Origin: a virus
Lineage: Duplodnaviria; Caudoviricetes
Length of the DNA: 43,738 nt
Reading direction: 5' to 3' (one strand)
Virus record (IMG/VR): IMGVR_UViG_3300046738_000027
Span: 1 to 43,738 of that record
The translations under genes were made by a program, and so were the position numbers. Of this stretch, positions 9,109 to 16,744 are shown in pieces. The notes under the pieces were generated by a model. The model did no database searches, was not told the origin of the DNA, and saw only the letters and a program-made list of their open reading frames with translations. Each line of letters begins with the position of its first letter. Within the stretch, counting starts at the first letter, position 1.

Positions 9109-9561
9109 ATGAGCGCTGGACTCGCGGGCAAGCAGATCCTGCTTGCCAACTACGGACCGACCGCTGTGCGTGCCGCGGCCGTCCTGCCGGCCACCGCCAC
9201 CGGCGTTCTGTTCAACGTGGTCGGCGGCAACGTGCTGGTCACCAGCCTGGTGGGTCAGGTGACCACGGTCATGTCGGCCACGGCCACCAACCTCAAACTG
9301 AACATCCTCAACACGGCCACCACCGGCAACGCGGACCTCAGCGCCAACGTGCTGGTGACCTCGCTCGCCGTGGGCACCCTGTTTACGATCCCCACGCTCG
9401 CGGCCGCGGGCACCGTGGGCGTGTTCGGTGCCCAGAACAACGAGTTCGTGATCGGCGCCGGCTCCATCCGGGCCATCACGGACGCCACCAACACCGGCGC
9501 GATGAAGTGGTACGTCAACTACATCTCGCTGGACCCGGGCGCCTACGTGGTGGCCGCGTAA
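9109..9561 (+). CDS. Putative structural protein
   Basis: Ala/Thr/Gly-rich beta-type sequence in the head cluster. Confidence 0.6.
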   Translation: MSAGLAGKQILLANYGPTAVRAAAVLPATATGVLFNVVGGNVLVTSLVGQVTTVMSATATNLKLNILNTATTGNADLSANVLVTSLAVGTLFTIPTLAAAGTVGVFGAQNNEFVIGAGSIRAITDATNTGAMKWYVNYISLDPGAYVVAA

Positions 9562-9583
9562 CCGTTTCGGGTAAGGGGTCGGC

Positions 9584-10066
9584 ATGGAGCATTTGGGTAA
9601 CAAGGTGACGTTCGCGGCGGACGAGGTCGATACCTACGGGGTCGGCCTGGACGGCGCGCTCACGGTCACCCTGAAGCATGATGTCCGTACCGACCCCAGC
9701 CAGAACATGGAGAGTGACATGCCCAAGATTTCCGCTGACGGCATCCCCAGCTACGAGGGCCACGAGGGCGCGGTCCAGTCCGCGTCCGGCCTGCTGTACG
9801 ACGTGGCCACCGACAAGCCCGACCCGATCGGCTCGCTGGACGGACGTGTCGTGGGCGAGGTGGGCCAGCGCGCCGAGGACAAGGACGCCGAGCGCGAGCA
9901 GGACGAGGACCGGTCGGACGACGGCACGGATTCGCGCACCCTGGGCGACGAGGGCGGCAAGCAGGACGACACCGGCCGCGGTCACGTCACCCCGGTCAAC
10001 GCGACCAAGCCGGCCAAGTCGGCCACCCCGCGCAACTCGTTCGGCAAGAACAACACCAGCAACTGA
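9584..10066 (+). CDS. Hypothetical acidic, disordered protein (alternative start 9719, MPKIS)
   Basis: Open frame; GGAG upstream of ATG 9719. Confidence 0.55.
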   Translation: MEHLGNKVTFAADEVDTYGVGLDGALTVTLKHDVRTDPSQNMESDMPKISADGIPSYEGHEGAVQSASGLLYDVATDKPDPIGSLDGRVVGEVGQRAEDKDAEREQDEDRSDDGTDSRTLGDEGGKQDDTGRGHVTPVNATKPAKSATPRNSFGKNNTSN

Positions 10067-10251
10067 TGGCCGGCAACGGGTGGCGCGCGCTTCAGTCGAT
10101 CGTGAACACGGCACGCCGTGAGCGCGAGGAAGATGACGCGCGCGCGCCCATTGCCTGCCCCCATGATGGCGAGCCGCTGAAGACCAATATCAACGGCATC
10201 GCCTTCTGCCCGTACGACGGATGGAAACCGGACGGGCGTACGGGCATATGA
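10066..10251 (+). CDS. Small zinc-ribbon-like protein
   Basis: CPHDGEPL...CPYDGW; TGATG overlap. Confidence 0.6.
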   Translation: MAGNGWRALQSIVNTARREREEDDARAPIACPHDGEPLKTNINGIAFCPYDGWKPDGRTGI

Positions 10252-10254
10252 TCA

Positions 10255-10300
10255 GCCCGGTGGCGTCCTCCGATGGTGGTGGCCCCCAGCGCCACCGGGC
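10255..10300 (+). terminator. Hairpin, possible terminator or processing site
   Basis: 11-bp stem GCCCGGTGGCG/CGCCACCGGGC. Confidence 0.45.
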
Positions 10301-10352
10301 CCATAACTGAAGATGTCCTTCCGGCACCATCGCGCAGAAAGCAGTCGCGAGC

Positions 10353-11402
10353 ATGGCAGAGATCTCGTACTGCACCCGTGAGCAGGTGCAGGACACGCTC
10401 CAGCTCGCTGACTCCACGCGCCTGAACGCCCGGATCGACTCCGCCATCCGGCAGATGTCCCGCGACATCGAGGGACTGTGTCACCGGTTCTTCTACCCGT
10501 GGACCGGCACCAGGACGTTCGATCAGCCCGACGGCCTCTCTCTCTGGCTCTACCAGAACGAGCTCGCCGGCGCGCCCACGCTGATCACGTCCGGCAGCAC
10601 CACGATGGCCGTGGCCGACTACATCCTTCAGCCGGTCGCCGGACCCCCGTACACCTGGATCGACGTGAACCAGGGCGGGACCAACTTCTGGACATCGAAC
10701 CAGACCACCCAGCGCGCCGTGTCCATCACCGGCACGTTCGGCTACCCCACCAGCACGGCCACCGCCACCACGCTGGTGGGCAACATCAACTCCTCGACGT
10801 TCGTGCTGACGATCGCGGACTCCTCCCAGGTGGGCGTGGGTCAGCTCTGCCTGGCCGAGTCGGAACGTTTTGTGGTGCTGGAGAAGGCCCCGATCGTCAC
10901 GGGCGCCACCCTGAACGGTGGGCTGACAGCCAACAAGGCCGAGATCGCGATCACCGTCTCGGACGGCACGCTGATCAAGGCGGGCGAGCGCGTCCGGGTG
11001 GACGGCGAGTGGATGCGGGTCAACGACATCGCGGGCAACGTCCTCTACGTCACCCGGGCCGTGAACGCCACCGTGCTGGCCGCCCACCTGTCCGGTGCCG
11101 CGGTCTATGCGCCGCGCCTGCTGACCGTGGACCGCGGGCAACTCGGCACGGCCGCGGCCGCCCACCTGACCGGTGTGACGATCTCCAACATCCTGCCGCC
11201 CTCGTTCGTCACCGAATGCGCCATCGCCGGCGCCGAGGTGGCCGTGAGCCAGGGGGCGTCCGGCTACGCACGTCCGGTGGGCGCCGGCTCGGGCACCGGT
11301 GGCAACTCCCGGGACGCCGTGGGCGAGGGCCTGGCCGACCTCATGGAACGGCTGTATCAGCGCTACGGGCGCAAGGGCCGCTCGCGCGTGGTGGGCACGT
11401 GA
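10353..11402 (+). CDS. Head-tail adaptor with internal accessory domains
   Basis: YCTREQV...SRDIEGLC.R.F and V.ITG.FGY motifs typical of gp6-like adaptors. Confidence 0.75.
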   Translation: MAEISYCTREQVQDTLQLADSTRLNARIDSAIRQMSRDIEGLCHRFFYPWTGTRTFDQPDGLSLWLYQNELAGAPTLITSGSTTMAVADYILQPVAGPPYTWIDVNQGGTNFWTSNQTTQRAVSITGTFGYPTSTATATTLVGNINSSTFVLTIADSSQVGVGQLCLAESERFVVLEKAPIVTGATLNGGLTANKAEIAITVSDGTLIKAGERVRVDGEWMRVNDIAGNVLYVTRAVNATVLAAHLSGAAVYAPRLLTVDRGQLGTAAAAHLTGVTISNILPPSFVTECAIAGAEVAVSQGASGYARPVGAGSGTGGNSRDAVGEGLADLMERLYQRYGRKGRSRVVGT

Positions 11403-11470
11403 GGCGCCTGGTTGTCCTGCTGGTGCTCGCGGACATCTTCCTCGCCGGTCTCTGGCTGGGCGGTCTCTGA
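11399..11470 (+). CDS. 23-aa hydrophobic peptide
   Basis: VRRLVVLLVLADIFLAGLWLGGL; overlaps at both ends. Confidence 0.4.
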   Translation: MRRLVVLLVLADIFLAGLWLGGL

Positions 11471-11856
11471 TGCCCACCGTTGACGTGCGCTACTCGGGCC
11501 CGTTCTTTGATGCCGCGCGACGCAACATCGTCATCCGCAAGATGTGCGAGCGCATCAACACCGTGCTGACCAACCTCGCGTACAACCGGGTGCACGAGAT
11601 CCTGCGCAAGGATCTGAAGCACCCGACCGGCTTCTACCAGTCCAACATCACCCGGGAGACCAAGGACTCGCGCGGCCGCGTGCACGACAACAGCGTCGTC
11701 TACGGGCCGTGGCTCGAGGGCGTCAGCTCCCGGAACAGGGAGACGCGATTCAAGGGCTACCACGCGTTCCGGCGCGCGAACCAGAGCGTGGAGCGCCGGG
11801 CGGCCAAGCTGTCCGAGCCGATCGTGGCCAAGGCGCTGAAGGAGCTGGGGGGCTGA
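11470..11856 (+). CDS. Neck / tail-completion protein (HK97 gp10-like)
   Basis: HPTGFYQSNI, VYGPWLEG and FKGYH.FRRA motifs; position. Confidence 0.7.
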   Translation: MPTVDVRYSGPFFDAARRNIVIRKMCERINTVLTNLAYNRVHEILRKDLKHPTGFYQSNITRETKDSRGRVHDNSVVYGPWLEGVSSRNRETRFKGYHAFRRANQSVERRAAKLSEPIVAKALKELGG

Positions 11857-11857
11857 C

Positions 11858-12322
11858 ATGGCACTGGAGATCCAGGCGTATATCGATGCGCTCGCATCGC
11901 ACGCGATGAGCTGTGGCTGGCTGGAGAAGGTGAACCAGTACGAGCCGCGCTCGGCCCCGAACACCGGCCTGACCGCGGCCATCTGGTTCCAGAACATCAA
12001 GCCCTTCCCGGGCGGGTCCGGGCTGACCGCCACGTCCGTGCTGATGGTCATGACGGTGCGCATCTACACCAGCGCGATCAAGGAACCGGCCGAACTGGAC
12101 ATGATGGATCCCGTGATGGTCCAGGTCACGGACGCCCTGATCACGGCCTACTCGGGGGATTTCACCCTGGACGGCATGATCCGCAACGTGGACCTGCTGG
12201 GCGAGGCCGGCACCCCGCTCGAGGCCGAGGCCGGCTATCTGGACATCGACCGCACCAAGTTCCGCGTAGTCGACATCACCGTTCCCTTGATCATCAACAA
12301 CGCATTCAGTCAGGTGGCCTGA
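11858..12322 (+). CDS. Putative tail terminator
   Basis: Position before the tail tube; DFTLDG.IR motif. Confidence 0.65.
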   Translation: MALEIQAYIDALASHAMSCGWLEKVNQYEPRSAPNTGLTAAIWFQNIKPFPGGSGLTATSVLMVMTVRIYTSAIKEPAELDMMDPVMVQVTDALITAYSGDFTLDGMIRNVDLLGEAGTPLEAEAGYLDIDRTKFRVVDITVPLIINNAFSQVA

Positions 12323-12326
12323 TCAT

Positions 12327-13067
12327 ATGAAGCAAAGTGGACTCGGTGATCATCTCCTGGTGGACGCGTTCGACCTGTCCGGGGACATCGGCTCGCTGAG
12401 CCGCATCGCGGGCGGCCCGGCGCCGCTCGAGGTGACCGCGATCGACAAGAGCGCGCCCGAGCGCATCGGCGGCCTACGGGACGGTGGCATCGAGTTCCAG
12501 TCCTGGTTCAACCCGGTCGTCCTGGTGGGCGAGCACAAGGTACTGAGCACGCTCCCGTACGGGGACCGGCAAGTCACCTACTGCCGCGGCTACGGGCTCG
12601 GCTCGCCCGCCGCCACGTGCGTGGCCAAGCAGATCAACTATGACCCGGCCCGCGGCGCCGATGGTTCGCTGACCATCGGCATCCAGGCACTGGCCAACGC
12701 CTACGGGCTCGAGTGGGGATTCCAGGCCACGGCCGGGCTCCGCACGGACACGGTGGCCACCTCGCCGGCCACCGGCGTGGACGGGACCGCGGCCACCGCG
12801 TTCGGGCTCCAGGCATACTTGCACGTCATCGCTTTCACCGGGACCTCGGTCACCGTGGCCATCCAGGACTCCGCGGACAATGCCACATTCGCCGCGGTCA
12901 CCGGGGCCACGTTCGTGGCCGCCACCGGAGCCGGCGTGCAGCGCATCGCCACCCTGAACACGGCCACCATCCGGCGTTACGTGCGCGTGGTCACTACGGG
13001 CACGTTCTCCAACGCCCAGTTCCTGGTGAACGTCTCGCGCAACGAGACCGCGGGAGTGGTTTTCTGA
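12327..13067 (+). CDS. Tail tube-like protein with C-terminal accessory domain
   Basis: KQSGL...EVTAIDKSAPERIGGLRDG; paralogous to 13528-13944. Confidence 0.7.
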   Translation: MKQSGLGDHLLVDAFDLSGDIGSLSRIAGGPAPLEVTAIDKSAPERIGGLRDGGIEFQSWFNPVVLVGEHKVLSTLPYGDRQVTYCRGYGLGSPAATCVAKQINYDPARGADGSLTIGIQALANAYGLEWGFQATAGLRTDTVATSPATGVDGTAATAFGLQAYLHVIAFTGTSVTVAIQDSADNATFAAVTGATFVAATGAGVQRIATLNTATIRRYVRVVTTGTFSNAQFLVNVSRNETAGVVF

Positions 13068-13492
13068 TGGGTCGCATCGAGCCTCAGTTGCCGCCGCACA
13101 TGTTCAAGACGTACGCCCTGGTGGCGCCGATCTCCACCCACCGGCGCCCGGCCACGTGCCTGGAGTCCGGATGCCAGGCGTACCGCAACGGATGGGTCAC
13201 GCGCGTGCCCGCGGACGGCGAGGCCGCACTCTACATCCGCACCTCGTGCGGGCGGCGCTTCACCGAGACGAGGGCGGCCAACGGCGAGGCCGAGTTCACG
13301 TTCGGCGCCGGCCAGGCGTGCTTTGCCGCCGACCGGCACTCGGTGAGCCTGGAGCGCGAGCCCCTCTACCTCGTGCGCGGGGGCGACCACCGGGGCAACC
13401 CCTCCGGCGAGCGCCGTGCACATGCACGTGCAGAGGACTGGGTGGACGATTTCGCCGGCCACCAGGACAAGATCCAAGAATCTCGAAACTAG
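13067..13492 (+). CDS. Hypothetical tail-region protein with Cys/His
   Basis: MGRIEPQ...ATCLESGC...CF..DRH; TGATG overlap. Confidence 0.65.
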   Translation: MGRIEPQLPPHMFKTYALVAPISTHRRPATCLESGCQAYRNGWVTRVPADGEAALYIRTSCGRRFTETRAANGEAEFTFGAGQACFAADRHSVSLEREPLYLVRGGDHRGNPSGERRAHARAEDWVDDFAGHQDKIQESRN

Positions 13493-13527
13493 GTCTGAAC
13501 CGGACACAGCTACTCAAATGATCGGAA

Positions 13528-13944
13528 GTGAGTACAATCGCCAAGGAATCCGGCCTCGCGTGGTCCACGCTCAGCGTGGACGACTCGACGGGCACCCCGC
13601 GGGACATCCGTAACGACATCACGAACCTTCAGTTCGCCACGCCGCGCGCCGTCCAGGACGTGACCGGCATCGACAAGTCAGCCATGGAACGCCTGCTCCT
13701 GCTGGCCGACTTCTCGATCACCCTGAACGGCGTCTTCAACGACGCGGCCAACCTCAGCCACACCGTGTTCAAGACGGTGCCCAGCACGTCGGTCATGCGG
13801 ACCACGAGCATCAACGTCAGCGGCCAGACGCTGGCCGGTGAGCTGCTCTATACCGACTACCAGCTCAGCCGTGGCAACGACGGTGCGCTCACCTGGTCTG
13901 CGCCGGGCGTGCTGGCGGACGGCACCGTTCCGACCTGGTCGTAA
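13528..13944 (+). CDS. Tail tube protein
   Basis: KESGL...DVTGIDKSAMERL; directly before the chaperone and TMP. Confidence 0.75.
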   Translation: MSTIAKESGLAWSTLSVDDSTGTPRDIRNDITNLQFATPRAVQDVTGIDKSAMERLLLLADFSITLNGVFNDAANLSHTVFKTVPSTSVMRTTSINVSGQTLAGELLYTDYQLSRGNDGALTWSAPGVLADGTVPTWS

Positions 13945-13963
13945 GCAACACAAGGGGGCCGAT

Positions 13964-14353
13964 ATGGGATATAAGCGCAAGATCTACAAACTGAGGTGGC
14001 CGGAAGGGCACGAGCTCCACGGCCTCGAGATCTCCATGCGTGGCATGAGCATGGACGATCTCGGGACCGTGATCGGCTTGCAGTCCTCGAGTGCGAGCAC
14101 GCCGGGGCCCGAACTGATCGGGCCGCTGATCGACGTGTTCGCGCGCAACGTCCAGGCGTGGAACGTGGAGGACGAGGACGGCAATCCGGTGCCGGTCACC
14201 GAGGCGAACATCCGAGCCGAGGACTCGCGGATGCTGCTTCAGGTGGTGATGTCCTGGGCGGAGAAGGCCACCACCGTGGCGCCCCCTTTGCCACCGACCT
14301 CATCCGCTGGCAATCCGTCCCTGGAGGGCACCATCCCGATGGCCGTCCTGTAG
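13964..14353 (+). CDS. Tail assembly chaperone (G)
   Basis: WNVEDEDGNPVP motif; RBS AAGGGG; upstream of the TMP. Confidence 0.8.
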   Translation: MGYKRKIYKLRWPEGHELHGLEISMRGMSMDDLGTVIGLQSSSASTPGPELIGPLIDVFARNVQAWNVEDEDGNPVPVTEANIRAEDSRMLLQVVMSWAEKATTVAPPLPPTSSAGNPSLEGTIPMAVL

Positions 14354-14511
14354 AGAAACCGGCCGAACTGGACTGGGCCCAGACCGTACTGAAACTCTGC
14401 CGCGACTTCCACTGCCTGCCCAGCCAGCTACTGGACGAGCCGGCCGAACTGCTGAAGCTGCTGCGTATCGAGGACTTGGGAGGGGGCGGGGACGATGGAC
14501 AACGAGATTGA
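14284..14511 (+). CDS. Tail assembly chaperone -1 frameshift extension (G-T)
   Basis: In-frame slippery heptamer C CCT TTG at 14284-14290; -1 frame encodes CRDFHCLPSQL. Confidence 0.75.
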   Translation, partial: PFATDLIRWQSVPGGHHPDGRPVEKPAELDWAQTVLKLCRDFHCLPSQLLDEPAELLKLLRIEDLGGGGDDGQRD

Positions 14512-16744
14512 GATCACCGTTGACGTCGATGACAAGGCCACCGACAAGTTCGAGGGCATCGGCCGGATCGCCGGCCGGCTCGGTGGTGTTGCCTCGTCCG
14601 CGATCAAGGCGCTCGGGGGTGCTCTGGCGAGCGCCGGCCAGGCCGCGGGGGGGTTCGCTGCCCAGATGGCCAGTGGCCTGGCCGCCACTCTCAGCACGGG
14701 TGCGGCCAGCACGGTGGCCACCGGTGGCATGAACCTTCTGGTGGGTGCGCTGATCGCCGTGGCCGGGGCCGCGGCGGCCGCGGTGGCCGGGTTCTTCGCT
14801 CTCGCACCGGCCGTGATGCTGGTGGTGGGTGTGGCCGCGGCGGCAACCACCGCCCTGATCGGCCTGGGCGCGGCGGCGGCCACGCTCGGGCTCGGCCTCG
14901 GGGGGCTCGGGGACGCCTGGTCCGCGTACGGGAAGCAGGCCGGTGGGGGTGGAGGGGCTTCCAAGGCGGCCGGGGACCAGGCGTATCAGGCGGCCCGGCG
15001 CGTCGAACAGGCTGAGTACGGCGTAACTCAGGCCAAGCGGGCGGCCACCCGGGCGAGCGAGGATCTGGCCCGGGCCCGGCGCAACGAAAAAGAGCGCCTG
15101 GAAGATCTGGAGCTGGCCCTGCGCGGGCAGGCCATCGCGCAGAAGGAAGCCCTTCTCGACATTGAGAAGGCCAAGGCTGACATGCGCCGGGCCGAGGCCC
15201 AGGGGGACGCTGAGGCATACGCCCAGGCCGAAGCTGACCTGGAACGCGCGGAGTACCGGTACGACTATGAGACCGAGAAGCTGAAGGATCTCAAGGAAGA
15301 AAAGGCCAAAGCGGACAAAGACGGCATCGAGGGCAGCGAGCAGGTCCAGGACGCCCTTGATCGCCAGCGGGACGCGGCCGAACAGCTCGTCCAGGCCCAG
15401 AAGTCGCTCGCGGACGCCCAGCGCAAGACGGCCACCGCGAGCGCTGGCGGCGCCGGCGGGGTGAACGCGTTCGCGGATGCGATGGCCAAGCTGAGCCCGA
15501 ACGCCCGGAAGTTGATCTATGCGCTGATCGAGCTGAAGGAGCGCTTCCAGGGCCTGAAGCTGGCCGTCCAGGATCGCCTCCTGGCCGGGTTCGATGTGGC
15601 CATCAAGGATCTTGCGGACAAGTGGGCGCCGCGCCTGCTGCCCATCCTCGGCCGGATGGCCGACAAGATCAACGAGGTGGGCAAGGGCCTGCTCAAGGCG
15701 TTCGGCGACTCCACGTTCATCAAGAATGTGGAGGAAGCCTCGGCCGCGTTCGGGGACTTCCTGGTCTCGCTGGGCGACGCCACCGAGGACATCATCGATG
15801 CGATCGGCCGGATCGCCGGCGCCGGTGGTCCCGTGCTCAAAGAACTCGGCAAGATCATCGAGGACATCGCGAACAGTTTCGACGAGTGGATCAAGAAAGC
15901 GGACGAGACCGGCAAACTGGACAGCTTCATGCAGAAGGCGGCCGAGAACCTCCGCCTGATCTATGACATCACCAAGCTGGTCATCCAGATCGCCATCGAG
16001 TTCATCGAGATCCTGTTCCCCGGTTCCGAGAAGGCAGGCGGGGGCCTGCTCGAGACCATCAAGGGCAACCTTCAGTCGATCAAGGACTGGCTGGGCGACG
16101 CCAAGAACAAGAAGCAGATCACGGAATGGATGACCAAATTCGGTGAATTCTTTGAGAAGTTGGTCAAGGAATGGATTCCGGACCTGAAGGATTTCATCAA
16201 GAATGTCGGACAACTGGTGCGGGCCACGAACGGTGCGATCAGCGCCGTCAAGCGATTCGCCCAGGTATTCACCAAGGACATCCCTGAGGGCTACCGCCGC
16301 GCCAAGAATGCCGCGGTGGGCATTTTCGACGGCGTGAAGAACGCTTTCAGGAGCGCCATCAACTGGATCATCGGCAAGTGGAACGATCTCTCGTTCACCA
16401 TCGGTGGCGGGTCGTTCATGGGTGCACCCATCCCCAGCAAGACGTTCGACACCCCGAACATCGGCTACCTTGCCCGCGGCGGCATCACCGGTGGCCTGAC
16501 CATGGTGGGCGAGCGCGGCCGCGAGCTCGTGAAGCTACCCCAGGGCAGCACGGTGATCCCGAACGGCACCACCGAGAACATGATGGCCGGCTCGGGCGGC
16601 GGCGGCGGTCAGCCGATCCTGGTCAATCTGGTGCTGGACGGCACCACCCTGGCCGTGGCCATGATCGATCCCCTGCGCGGGGTGGTCCGGCAAAAGGGCC
16701 GCGGCTCGGTCTCCACCCTGTTCAACCAGGTAGGGGTGGCCTGA
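14495..16744 (+). CDS. Tape measure protein
   Basis: Long Ala/Gly helical and coiled-coil protein; C-terminal A.GG...VGERGRELV.LP.GS.V. Confidence 0.9.
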   Translation: MDNEIEITVDVDDKATDKFEGIGRIAGRLGGVASSAIKALGGALASAGQAAGGFAAQMASGLAATLSTGAASTVATGGMNLLVGALIAVAGAAAAAVAGFFALAPAVMLVVGVAAAATTALIGLGAAAATLGLGLGGLGDAWSAYGKQAGGGGGASKAAGDQAYQAARRVEQAEYGVTQAKRAATRASEDLARARRNEKERLEDLELALRGQAIAQKEALLDIEKAKADMRRAEAQGDAEAYAQAEADLERAEYRYDYETEKLKDLKEEKAKADKDGIEGSEQVQDALDRQRDAAEQLVQAQKSLADAQRKTATASAGGAGGVNAFADAMAKLSPNARKLIYALIELKERFQGLKLAVQDRLLAGFDVAIKDLADKWAPRLLPILGRMADKINEVGKGLLKAFGDSTFIKNVEEASAAFGDFLVSLGDATEDIIDAIGRIAGAGGPVLKELGKIIEDIANSFDEWIKKADETGKLDSFMQKAAENLRLIYDITKLVIQIAIEFIEILFPGSEKAGGGLLETIKGNLQSIKDWLGDAKNKKQITEWMTKFGEFFEKLVKEWIPDLKDFIKNVGQLVRATNGAISAVKRFAQVFTKDIPEGYRRAKNAAVGIFDGVKNAFRSAINWIIGKWNDLSFTIGGGSFMGAPIPSKTFDTPNIGYLARGGITGGLTMVGERGRELVKLPQGSTVIPNGTTENMMAGSGGGGGQPILVNLVLDGTTLAVAMIDPLRGVVRQKGRGSVSTLFNQVGVA

